DNA of 63,191 nucleotides, counting the filler. It is 5 parts of 5 records of this genome, joined end to end, with 100 filler letters (N's around TTAATTAATTAA, not from the genome) between each part and the next. Parts side by side here need not be neighbours in the genome. Positions count along the whole stretch, not along the records: positions 16,690 to 41,828 come from SRR2962707_2561; 4 more parts are not named here. One strand, 5' to 3'. The first letter of the stretch is position 1, and each line of letters begins with the position of its first letter. This document shows positions 31,114-39,965 of the stretch, piece by piece. A model generated the notes under the pieces. It was not told the origin of the DNA and searched no databases. It saw nothing but the letters and a program-made list of their open reading frames with translations. The position numbers and the translations under genes were made by a program.

Positions 31114-31404
31114 ATGCCAACCATGAATGCCCGAGTCGCCACCACCGATCCCGGTCGCCTGATCAATCGCCTCTGCAAACACTTTCGCCACAAGATTGAG
31201 GCTGAGTGGACCGCAACCGATGGCAGGCTGGCTTTCTCCATTGGTGAATGCTGGCTCGAAGCCGCAAACCGGGAGCTGCTGATGCGCTGCCAATCAGCCA
31301 CCGGAACGGAGCTGGAGGAGTTGGGCCAGGTGGTGGCTTCCCACCTCATTCGCTTTGCCGGCGATGAGGTGGATGAGGTTCACTGGCAGACGGCCAGCGC
31401 CTGA
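31114..31404 (+). CDS. DUF2218 domain protein
   Basis: RLINRLCKHFRHK...VVASHLIRFA; family often found in siderophore uptake loci. Confidence 0.85.
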   Translation: MPTMNARVATTDPGRLINRLCKHFRHKIEAEWTATDGRLAFSIGECWLEAANRELLMRCQSATGTELEELGQVVASHLIRFAGDEVDEVHWQTASA

Positions 31405-32255
31405 GATTGCGGGTGGTTCTGGCGAACGTTTTGCCGCAACTGGTGAAGATCGCTGCATAGCACCCGGTAGCTGTCCGGGCCGAACCACTCCAGGGAAATG
31501 TCCAGTGGGGCCGGATGGGTTTGCGACTGATGCCAGCCGGCCAGGGTGTCCAGTAGCGGACGGTAGTCACAGGCACCGTCCAGCACGGGCACCATTCCCT
31601 GCTGGGAACCGGCCGGTGAGTAGACATTAGCCGGAGCAAATACGCCGAGCTGATCCCGATGACGGATATTCTTGAAGTGAAAATGTCTGACCCAGGGCGC
31701 CATTTGTTGCAGCGCCAGCTTTGGGTCTGCTCCGGCTTCCCAGACATGCAAGACGTCGAAGTTGATACCCAGGGCCGGGTGATCAACGTCGGTCAGCAAC
31801 GTCAGAGTGGAGTCGACCGTATCGGCCAGTGTACCGGGGTGTGTTTCCACCACCAGGGTCAGGCCTTCATCTGCGACGCAACGGGTCAGCGTCTGCAGAC
31901 GTCGGGTCCGGGCCTGGCGCTGCCTCTGGTCGAGCTCGGCGCTGCCCTGATGGCCGGCAAACGTTCGCAGTTTGGGTGCCTGCCAGTGTCGGGCCAGCCG
32001 GCAGAGTTCGCGGGTGTAGTGGATGGCCTCCTGTTCACTACCGTCCAGCGGCAGATAGTCGCTGACCATGGGAATAGCCAGTCCCTGGCTTTTCAGCCAG
32101 CGGCCATCCAGTCCGGGCTGCTGTAACAGGTGCCGGGCATGCACACCCCAGAGTTCAATACCGTCAAAGCCGGTGGCGCCAGCCCAGGTGGCGAGTTCCG
32201 GTAACGACACCAACTGGTGGCGGAACGAGATGGTGCACAGGTGGAAGCGAATCAT
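31380..32255 (-). CDS. asbF: 3-dehydroshikimate dehydratase AsbF
   Basis: LCTISFRHQL, GIELWGVH, ETHPGTLADT, INFDVLHVWE, HFHFKNI, NVYSPAG, SLEWFG. Confidence 0.92.
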   Translation of the reverse strand: MIRFHLCTISFRHQLVSLPELATWAGATGFDGIELWGVHARHLLQQPGLDGRWLKSQGLAIPMVSDYLPLDGSEQEAIHYTRELCRLARHWQAPKLRTFAGHQGSAELDQRQRQARTRRLQTLTRCVADEGLTLVVETHPGTLADTVDSTLTLLTDVDHPALGINFDVLHVWEAGADPKLALQQMAPWVRHFHFKNIRHRDQLGVFAPANVYSPAGSQQGMVPVLDGACDYRPLLDTLAGWHQSQTHPAPLDISLEWFGPDSYRVLCSDLHQLRQNVRQNHPQSQALAVCQ

Positions 32256-33262
32256 GGCAATACCTCCAGGGCGGACGTCCGGGTGTTGACCGTGAGGTCA
32301 GGGTGTTGCTGCTGCCATTCTGCAAACAGGCCCTGCAGGCTGTCCTTGATGGCGAACTCTCGCTGATCCTGCTCGTCCAGCAACTGCTCGACCCCGGACA
32401 GCAGGGCAGCGTTACCGGACATCACCAGTTTCAGCGCCCGGTACTGGATCTGGGTGTAGGTTTTCACCAGCCGGTCAATGTCCTCGCACAGCGCTTCGAA
32501 CCACGGATCGCCCTCGGCGGTGCGGCCCTGATCCTCCAGCAGCCAGGCAAAGGCGTGCTCGTAGGCGTACTTGCGAATCGCCATCACTGGAATCTCCCGG
32601 AATGCCCGGGGCAGGTTTGCCAGTGGTTGCCTGGCATCAGGACCGATATGGGCGTGCAGAATCTGCCGCAAGGCATCGGTAAACGGATTGGTCTCCGCTT
32701 TCATGCACTGGGCGAAATAAGCGGCTACCGTCTCCGCGGGCGTATGCCGGATGTCCAGGCCATCGAAACAGAAGCCACCGGCAGCGGCCGGGGAGCGGAC
32801 CGATTCCAGAATCCGGTCTTTGGGCAGCACACCCTCCCAGCGAAAATCCGGGTCCGACATGAACCACTGCTCCGGATCTTTAGTGGCTTCCAACATCACG
32901 TAGTGGGGAAACGGGTTCTGGTGGAATTTGTTTTCCCGTTCTGGAAGTCGGTAAAGGTCCAGCATGACCATGACCTGACGATCGGAAGGGCGCGTTTCCA
33001 CCAGTTCAATCAGCCGGTCGATGTTGGCCTCTTTCGATTGCTGGTGGTTATACCAGGATTCAATGGTGACGCCGTACAGTAGCCGGTACCACTCCCGGAA
33101 CTGGTCGTGGCGGGTATGGGGCGAGTGGTAGGACAGAACCTGCTCTTCACTGACCGAGAAGTCCGCATCCCACACGCCAAAGTAGAAGGGGCGGTGGTCC
33201 ACACCGGGTGTGCGTTTGATGATCTCGCAGACACAGCTGACAAAACAGTGCACTTTGATCAC
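32252..33262 (-). CDS. asbE: Petrobactin biosynthesis protein AsbE
   Basis: IKVHCFVSCVCE, DHRPFYFGVWD, FHQNPFPHYVML, DPDFRWEG. Confidence 0.92.
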   Translation of the reverse strand: MIKVHCFVSCVCEIIKRTPGVDHRPFYFGVWDADFSVSEEQVLSYHSPHTRHDQFREWYRLLYGVTIESWYNHQQSKEANIDRLIELVETRPSDRQVMVMLDLYRLPERENKFHQNPFPHYVMLEATKDPEQWFMSDPDFRWEGVLPKDRILESVRSPAAAGGFCFDGLDIRHTPAETVAAYFAQCMKAETNPFTDALRQILHAHIGPDARQPLANLPRAFREIPVMAIRKYAYEHAFAWLLEDQGRTAEGDPWFEALCEDIDRLVKTYTQIQYRALKLVMSGNAALLSGVEQLLDEQDQREFAIKDSLQGLFAEWQQQHPDLTVNTRTSALEVLP

Positions 33263-33528
33263 AGGGAAACCTCCGGGTTGCCTGTGGCGACCAATAGCGC
33301 TTCCAGGTCCTCAATGGTCTCGAGCTGATGGCTCAGCAGCGCTTCTTCGGGTATATGCAGGCCGTGCTCCAGTTCCAGGTGTACGATCAGTTGCAACAGC
33401 ATAATCGAGTCAATTGCCAGATCGGCGTTGAGGCGGGCAGTCGCTGAGAACGCCGAAAGCCGGGCGTTGGGCAGATGGCTTCGAATCACCGCTTCAATGG
33501 CGTCTCGGGTGGCAGTGGCTGAACTCAT
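33259..33528 (-). CDS. asbD: Aryl carrier protein AsbD
   Basis: Phosphopantetheine site 'LAIDSIMLLQL'; position in the operon. Confidence 0.9.
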   Translation of the reverse strand: MSSATATRDAIEAVIRSHLPNARLSAFSATARLNADLAIDSIMLLQLIVHLELEHGLHIPEEALLSHQLETIEDLEALLVATGNPEVSL

Positions 33529-34826
33529 GCCGGCACCTCCCGCAGGTCTTTGGGGTTGAGGGATTCAGTTAACAGCCGGCGACTGACCTTGCCGTTCGGG
33601 AGCCGGCAGATGCTTTCCACCTGTTCGATCAGTGACGGCACCTGGTGCGGTGACAGTTGGCCCCGGCTCCATTGCCGCAGCTGGTCGGTGTCTATTTCTG
33701 AGTCTGCTACAAAGCGCAGGCAAACCCGCTCACCGGCAAAGGCATCCGGTTGCTTGAAGGCCACCGCCTCTCGAATCCCGGGATAGCCAAGGAACACGTC
33801 TTCTACGGCCCCCGGATAGACGTTGATGCCGGCAACGTTGATGGTGTCATCGGAGCGGGCCAGGAAATGCAGCTGGCCCTGCTGGTCGAAATAGCCCAGA
33901 TCCCTGCTGTGAATGCGCTGCCCGGTGGCCTTAACCGTGATCAGGATTTCATCCGGTTGCCCTGGGGAGCCCCCGGCCTGCACTGACACATGCGGTAACG
34001 GCAGGCCGAGTTGGGCAGGCTCGGTCACGTCCGGGCTCAGCGCAACGCAGCCGGCTTCCGAACAGCCATATTGCTGGCAAACGCGCAGGCAGCGGTTTCG
34101 AAGCTGGTCCAGTACGGGGGCGGGCAGGGGCGCCCCGGACAGCATGACGCTGTGCAGTCTCTGCTTTAAAGGCAGCATTCGTATCAGCAAGCTGACCAGG
34201 GTCGGGGAGGCATAGAGCAGATGCTCGGGTACTGCGCGCAGCCTTGCAAGAATAGAGCGTGGATTGAGATTGGTGATCACCTGGGGGGCAATCCCCCGTT
34301 GCAGGGCTGCCAGCACACCACAGATCAGACCGTAGGAGTGCGTCACCGGGCATGCGACCACCGGTATCAAGGTCATGGCCTCAGTGAACTGGGCAACATA
34401 GGCGGCCAGTTCCCGTTCTATGTCGTGCCAGGGCCGTGTGATGGTTTTGGGGTTGCCCGTGGTGCCGGAGCTGAGCTGAATCAGCTCTCCGCCTTCGGCG
34501 CAGGTCGTCTTCGCTTTCCCGCGAATGACTTCGGGCGTGACTTTCTGGAGTTGCTCGCCGAACAGCAGGTAGGTGCAGCCCGTGCTCTCGGCCAGGGTTC
34601 GGGCGGCGGCATAGGGGGTGCCGGAATGAATGGGCAACACACTGGCGCCAAGGGGTTTCAGCCAGAGGCACAGGGCCAGCCAGTGGGCGGTGTCCTGCAG
34701 GCAGACCGCAAATCGGCAACCGGCCGGCTCCTGAAATTCAGGGCGCTCCTCCAGGCACTGGACTATCTGGTCGCAGTCCGGTTGCGTGTAAGGCATGTTG
34801 TCGACATAGAACAAAGGTGCAGTCAC
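33525..34826 (-). CDS. asbC: 3,4-dihydroxybenzoate--[aryl-carrier-protein] ligase AsbC
   Basis: AMP-binding SSGTTGNPK, HSYG, QQYGCSEAG, RDLGY, NGK. Confidence 0.92.
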   Translation of the reverse strand: MTAPLFYVDNMPYTQPDCDQIVQCLEERPEFQEPAGCRFAVCLQDTAHWLALCLWLKPLGASVLPIHSGTPYAAARTLAESTGCTYLLFGEQLQKVTPEVIRGKAKTTCAEGGELIQLSSGTTGNPKTITRPWHDIERELAAYVAQFTEAMTLIPVVACPVTHSYGLICGVLAALQRGIAPQVITNLNPRSILARLRAVPEHLLYASPTLVSLLIRMLPLKQRLHSVMLSGAPLPAPVLDQLRNRCLRVCQQYGCSEAGCVALSPDVTEPAQLGLPLPHVSVQAGGSPGQPDEILITVKATGQRIHSRDLGYFDQQGQLHFLARSDDTINVAGINVYPGAVEDVFLGYPGIREAVAFKQPDAFAGERVCLRFVADSEIDTDQLRQWSRGQLSPHQVPSLIEQVESICRLPNGKVSRRLLTESLNPKDLREVPA

Positions 34827-36670
34827 GGTAACCTCTTGTGATGGTGATCAATGAAGGGCATCAGGGTGTCGTTGGGGCCCGGGGCCAGGGGATTTGGCAC
34901 CCGGTGGCGAGGCTGCTCGCTGTCTGGCTGAAGTTTGCTGCGCAGCAGCGACTCGGTGAGCGGGTGTGGTTGATCCCATCCCAGGCGATCCAGGCGGGAC
35001 CTCTGCTCCGGGTGTTGTCGTGCGTAGTTGGTCAGGATTGTCCGGACCCGACCCCAGAACCGCGCCTCGTTAAATCCGTAGGCCTCTTCCAGGACCAGCG
35101 CGAGCTCACTGAGATTGAAGATAAACAGGGTATCCATCACCAGCTCGCGCAGGGCCTCCGGGTTGCTCATGCGGTAATACTGGTTGTCCGGTGCCTGATC
35201 GTAGAATGCCTGCCGGGGGCCGAAGTTCGGTTCGGGGGTAGTCTGGGGCAGATAGTCCCGGGCGTACTCGACGCTGTCGTGGAAATCCCGAAGCATCAGT
35301 GCTCTGGGCCAGCCGCTGCGCGCCACCAGAAGGCTGTTCTGGGCATGAGCCTCAAGACCGACGCCGTGGGCAGCGAGCATATGCCAGACTGGCAGAATGA
35401 CAGCCTTGAGTGTGGCCTCCAGCCAGGGGACCAGACCATAATGCTCCACCCAGGGGTGAATAAAGGGCATGTCGTCAGGTTGCCACTGGAACAGGGCGTT
35501 TAAGGGAATGGCCTGCTCACCCTCATGAAGCCGGGAGCCGATGCTGGCGCGCCAGATGGCGGCCAGCTCCCCCGCAAGCTCCGAATTATCTGCTCCCTGC
35601 TCTTCGCGCGCGGCAACGCCCAGGCTGGCATATTCGGGCAGCAGACGTAGCGGGTAGTTGGTATCAAACAGTGGATCGCCGGCGACAATGGACTCGAGCC
35701 AACGGCTGATGACAGGAGCCGATGGCACGGAATGGGGCTCCAGATGCCGGCGTGACGAGGTATTGTGAATGCCCAAAGGCAGTTTGACGCAGGCTTTCGC
35801 TGGCCGGCTGGCATTGAATAGAGACCTGAGCGACTGCCCTGGATGGTAACGGTCTCCCAGAGGCCCCAGGCATTTGATGCCCAGTGCCTCAAGCCGGGCG
35901 GACTCGGGACCCTGGCTGAGTTTCTGCCAGTGCCATGGGTGGGTTGGCAGCGCGCCATATTGTTGCCAGTCAACGCCCGCCCGGTGGAATGCTGCCCGTA
36001 GCAGATAAGCCTGTTCCTGGCCCAGTTCTGATTGCCAGAAAGCCATGTCTGAAGACGGTAACTGGGAATCCAGATTGTGTCGGGGAATTGCCACCCAATG
36101 AAGCCTGAATCCGGTGCTGGTTTCCGGGCTATAGTGCACCAGATCATCGCCCTGGAATCCGAGTCGGCTCTTGAAACAGGGATGGTAGGGGTGGCCTTCG
36201 TGCAGGGCGCTGTCCAGAGCTTCGCCATGCAGGTTCCGGCGGTCTCCGGAATGACGAGCCTTGTGCAGGGCGTCCAGCCGTTCACTGTTGCTGATCGTGG
36301 CCAGCAGCTCCGTTAACAGAGATTGCTGGTGTGAGTTCGTTGCCGGAAGCTGTGCAACCAGCGTGGTCACCGAGAGCGACACCGGTTTCTGGTTCCGCTC
36401 CAAGGTCAGGGAACTGGTGTCCAGTCTCAGTCGGCCAAAACCCCGAATGCGGGCTCGGCAACGTCCGTGCAGATTGCCAGCCTGGAAGCTCAGCCATTGC
36501 CATCCGGTGCGGTTGCAATCGCCCGGATGGTACGCAATCACCCCTTCAAACATCAGGGCTTCAAGCAGCTGCCGCAGCACCCGTTGGGCCGGTAACTCGC
36601 TCAGGGCGGTCACCGGTTGCAGTCCTGCCATGGGGGCTTTGGATAAGGCTCTCGGTTCAGGCAACACCAT
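34823..36670 (-). CDS. asbB: NIS synthetase AsbB (IucA/IucC family)
   Basis: EGHPYHPCFKSRLGF, HPWHW, QSLRSL, EAHAQN, RDFHD. Confidence 0.92.
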   Translation of the reverse strand: MVLPEPRALSKAPMAGLQPVTALSELPAQRVLRQLLEALMFEGVIAYHPGDCNRTGWQWLSFQAGNLHGRCRARIRGFGRLRLDTSSLTLERNQKPVSLSVTTLVAQLPATNSHQQSLLTELLATISNSERLDALHKARHSGDRRNLHGEALDSALHEGHPYHPCFKSRLGFQGDDLVHYSPETSTGFRLHWVAIPRHNLDSQLPSSDMAFWQSELGQEQAYLLRAAFHRAGVDWQQYGALPTHPWHWQKLSQGPESARLEALGIKCLGPLGDRYHPGQSLRSLFNASRPAKACVKLPLGIHNTSSRRHLEPHSVPSAPVISRWLESIVAGDPLFDTNYPLRLLPEYASLGVAAREEQGADNSELAGELAAIWRASIGSRLHEGEQAIPLNALFQWQPDDMPFIHPWVEHYGLVPWLEATLKAVILPVWHMLAAHGVGLEAHAQNSLLVARSGWPRALMLRDFHDSVEYARDYLPQTTPEPNFGPRQAFYDQAPDNQYYRMSNPEALRELVMDTLFIFNLSELALVLEEAYGFNEARFWGRVRTILTNYARQHPEQRSRLDRLGWDQPHPLTESLLRSKLQPDSEQPRHRVPNPLAPGPNDTLMPFIDHHHKRLP

Positions 36671-38489
36671 GGCTTACCTCGACTGCCGGGGCGGCGGTGC
36701 TGCCTTTCGGTGTTGCCCGTGTATCGCCGCGGAGTGGGTTGGCAATACTGGTGTAGACTGCCATCTCCAGCTCTGCATTCAGTTCGTCAACATCGTTGAC
36801 CCGGGTCAGCAGATTGCCTTTGTAGGGTAGACGGCTGTCTTCCAGTAACGACTTGACGAGCGCCTGTGCCGGGCCATGAAGCCGGCTGTGCTCGGCATGT
36901 AGAAAATGTCGGAATTGCTGGATCAACAAGGTTTCCGGTATCAGGTCGTCAATGCCAAAGCGGGCAATTACTGAAAACAGCTGATTTACGATCAGGTAGT
37001 AGCAGAACCTGTCGCGGATCATGGCGTCCCGGTAGAACAACTCCGGGGTTTCTTTAAGGTTGGTGCATTGCTCTGTGAGTGGCCCGCGCAAGCTCTCCGA
37101 GAGGTAGTAACCCTGATTGTCCCGGTAGTAGTAACAGCGTGGATAGCCCCCGCTGACATCCAGCAGACTGTTCTGCTGATGGGCTTCCAGGGCAATGCCG
37201 TGCTCATCATAAAGCCGCAGTGCCGGGCCAATCGCGCATGATAGATACTGCTGGAACCAGTCCCGGCTGACGGCTGTGAGGCTGCGGTTCTCGTTCAATG
37301 CCAGGCCCTCGATCAGATCCAGTAACCGGGAATTCCGGCCCGGCAGGGGATCCTGGGTCAGGGCGGCAATGCTGATCACCCCCTGGTCCTGCCCCGGCGG
37401 GAAAGGGTTGTTCCGGAAAATAACTTCAAAGCCGCTTTCGGTCAGCCCGGGTAGCATGACGGTCAGATAGGCCGGGTCCTGAAGGATCCGGAAGCCGGGC
37501 TCCGCCTCGCCAAAACCGGTTTGCCGGAGCAGCCGGGACATAACCACCCCCGCTTTCAGCTCGTGGGCCTTGTTGACCCGCAGCGAGTTGGTCACCTTGA
37601 CTGGAATGGAGAACTTCAGCATCCATTCGGCTTGCTCGCAGTAGACAGTGCGTACCGATGACGTCGCGGAAAATTCCGGACCAAGCGCACCCAGGGGGTG
37701 AATCAACCCCTGGGCGATGGCGTCCAGCACCCCGGGTTGCGTCATCAACCACTGAGCCTGCAAAGGGTGGGCCGGAATCAGGGCATGGTTGTCCGGCAGG
37801 TTCAGGGAGGCTTGACTGTCCTGCAACAGAGATTCGGCCATGGCACTGGCTGGTAAAGGACCATCAGAATCCTCCAGGACGCAATCCCGATGAACCAGAA
37901 AGTAGTGCAGCTGAAAGCGCCCGGTCAGCTCCGGCGCGTAGGCATGCTGCTGCCATTCCGACATCCCCTGGCGGCTCTTGGGAGTGGGATGGGCGGTGTG
38001 TCCGAACAACAGAGACTGCTCTGAATCGATAAACCGGTTGGCCAGAAGGCGTGAATCGTTGCGCCTGTGTTCGACGTAACGGGTCATGACCCCGTAGCTG
38101 TCGGTGAGCCGATGCAGGAACTCCAGTTCCCGGAGTTTTCGGAGTTCGGGCACCATGCCGCCGGATAACGCATAGAGTTCACGGGCCAAGAGACACATTG
38201 CCTGAAAAGGGTCGATGTCGGCCCAGCAATGACGACCGCTGAGCCACTGTCGTACCTTGCCGTAGCGGTGTCGGCCCAGAGCGGAGCGGTAGACAATATC
38301 GATGGCCAGGCGGGAGCGCTGGCTGTTCAGAGTCAGTTCGCATACCCAAGGCCCCGAGAACCGGCCTGTTGGATCCTGGGTGCGCTGGCTGGCGGACTGC
38401 CAGTCGCCGGGATCAACTTCCTGAAGGTAACCATGCAGGAAAGCCTGAAAACTTGCCTGTTCGGCAATTGCCCGGGCAGACGGTCCCAT
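36657..38489 (-). CDS. asbA: NIS synthetase AsbA (IucA/IucC family)
   Basis: EQSLLFGHTAHPTPKSR, HPLQ, TSSVRT, TNSLR, EAHQQN, RDNQG. Confidence 0.92.
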   Translation of the reverse strand: MGPSARAIAEQASFQAFLHGYLQEVDPGDWQSASQRTQDPTGRFSGPWVCELTLNSQRSRLAIDIVYRSALGRHRYGKVRQWLSGRHCWADIDPFQAMCLLARELYALSGGMVPELRKLRELEFLHRLTDSYGVMTRYVEHRRNDSRLLANRFIDSEQSLLFGHTAHPTPKSRQGMSEWQQHAYAPELTGRFQLHYFLVHRDCVLEDSDGPLPASAMAESLLQDSQASLNLPDNHALIPAHPLQAQWLMTQPGVLDAIAQGLIHPLGALGPEFSATSSVRTVYCEQAEWMLKFSIPVKVTNSLRVNKAHELKAGVVMSRLLRQTGFGEAEPGFRILQDPAYLTVMLPGLTESGFEVIFRNNPFPPGQDQGVISIAALTQDPLPGRNSRLLDLIEGLALNENRSLTAVSRDWFQQYLSCAIGPALRLYDEHGIALEAHQQNSLLDVSGGYPRCYYYRDNQGYYLSESLRGPLTEQCTNLKETPELFYRDAMIRDRFCYYLIVNQLFSVIARFGIDDLIPETLLIQQFRHFLHAEHSRLHGPAQALVKSLLEDSRLPYKGNLLTRVNDVDELNAELEMAVYTSIANPLRGDTRATPKGSTAAPAVEVSHGVA

Positions 38490-38520
38490 GTCGACGCTCC
38501 AAATTCCTGAATTTGGAGTA

Positions 38521-38569
38521 AATCTAAATGAGAATCTGTTGCAGGTGAAATGGTTTTACATTTTTTACA
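38521..38569 (-). promoter_or_regulatory. Direct-repeat operator plus sigma70-type promoter of asbA, with a Fur-like box in the spacer
   Basis: Minus strand: TGTAAAAAATGTAAAAC, 3 nt, TTCACC, 17 nt, TAGATT; TGAGAATCTGTTGCA at 38529-38543. Confidence 0.65.
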
Positions 38570-38570
38570 A

Positions 38571-39938
38571 TTAGCCGGGAACGGTGATCACCCGCTGCGG
38601 CCGGAAGCGTAAAAACAGGGCTATTGCGAGGCCGAAGGTGAGCCATTCCGCCAGTGGCAGTGCCAGCAGTAGCGGCCATTCCGGCGCAAAGCGGGCAATG
38701 CCGACCAGCAGCAGTGCGGGCAGCACCAGGCTTCTGGAAAAGGCGACAAGGGCTGAAGGCAGGGCTTTGTGCATGGCCGTCAGGTAGACCGACAGCAACA
38801 CGTTGATGCCGTTGACCAGAAACAGCGGCCACAGGATGGTCAGAAAACGGTCTGCCAGGGCCGCGGTGGCCGGGTCTGCCGTGGTGTCCAGAAACAGGCG
38901 GACCACCTGATTTCCAAACAGCCACACCGTGACCACCAGCGTCAGTGCCAGGCTCAGAATGACGGTGGCCCCGCAGCCCATGAAGCGCCGGATACGTTCG
39001 GCATTGCCGGCCCCGAGGTTGTGGCTGATCAGCACGTGCATGGCGTCTGAAATGCCATAGAACACCATCAGGCTCAGGAAGATCAGATAGTTCACCACGG
39101 TAAAGGCGGCTACCCCCGCCACGCCCTGAGTGGTCATCAACAGCCAGTTGATCAACAGCATAACCAGCCCCACGGAGAGTTCGTTGATCCACTCCGAAAC
39201 GCCATTGGCGAACGCCTGGGGAATCTCCTGCCAGTGTTTTTGCTGAAGCTGGAAGTGAAGCTTGCGTTCCGGCTTGAGAAAGTAACAGGCCAGAACCGCG
39301 AACTGCAGCACCTGGGCCAGGCCGGTGGCGATGGCTGCGCCGCGCAAACCGTAATCCAGGTAGCCCACCAGCAGGGCGTCCAGCAGGATATTGGCGGCGG
39401 CTCCTGTTACCAGAGCCGTGGTTGCCAGCCCAGGGAAGCCGTCTACTCGCACGAAGTAATACAACACCATGGTGACCAGCTGGGCCACCAGCACCCAGAT
39501 GATCACCAGAAAATACTCGGACATCAGCGGGTAAATGTCCGGGGAGGCGCCGAGCACACGATAGATCGCATCATGGAACAACAGCCCCGCCAGTGCTCCG
39601 GTCAGAGCCAGGGTCAGAGTAGCCATCAGGCACTTGCTGAAGATGGCAGATGCGGCGTCGGTCCTGCCTTCGCCCAGATAGCGGCCAGCCCGAACGGTAC
39701 CACCAATGGCCAGGGCGAGCGCCATGCCGAATAGCAGGGTAAACCAGGGAATCAGCAGGTTCAGAGCCGCCAGGGCATCTGCGCCGGCGAAGTTGCCAAT
39801 GAAAATGCCGTCAACGATGTTGGCGGTGGTCAGTGCCAGCAACCCCGCCACTGAGGGCAGGGCATAGCGGAAGAAAACCGGCCAGAAGGGGCCGGTCAGT
39901 ATCGGGTTGTCGGAATCCTTGCCGGTCTCTGCGTCCAT
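38571..39938 (-). CDS. MATE family efflux transporter
   Basis: About 12 TM helices; 'FFRYALPS', 'IVDGIFIG', 'NILLDALL', 'GAAIAT', 'ISHNLGA'. Confidence 0.92.
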   Translation of the reverse strand: MDAETGKDSDNPILTGPFWPVFFRYALPSVAGLLALTTANIVDGIFIGNFAGADALAALNLLIPWFTLLFGMALALAIGGTVRAGRYLGEGRTDAASAIFSKCLMATLTLALTGALAGLLFHDAIYRVLGASPDIYPLMSEYFLVIIWVLVAQLVTMVLYYFVRVDGFPGLATTALVTGAAANILLDALLVGYLDYGLRGAAIATGLAQVLQFAVLACYFLKPERKLHFQLQQKHWQEIPQAFANGVSEWINELSVGLVMLLINWLLMTTQGVAGVAAFTVVNYLIFLSLMVFYGISDAMHVLISHNLGAGNAERIRRFMGCGATVILSLALTLVVTVWLFGNQVVRLFLDTTADPATAALADRFLTILWPLFLVNGINVLLSVYLTAMHKALPSALVAFSRSLVLPALLLVGIARFAPEWPLLLALPLAEWLTFGLAIALFLRFRPQRVITVPG

Positions 39939-39965
39939 ACTTGCCTCACCCGTTTATCCTGTGAA

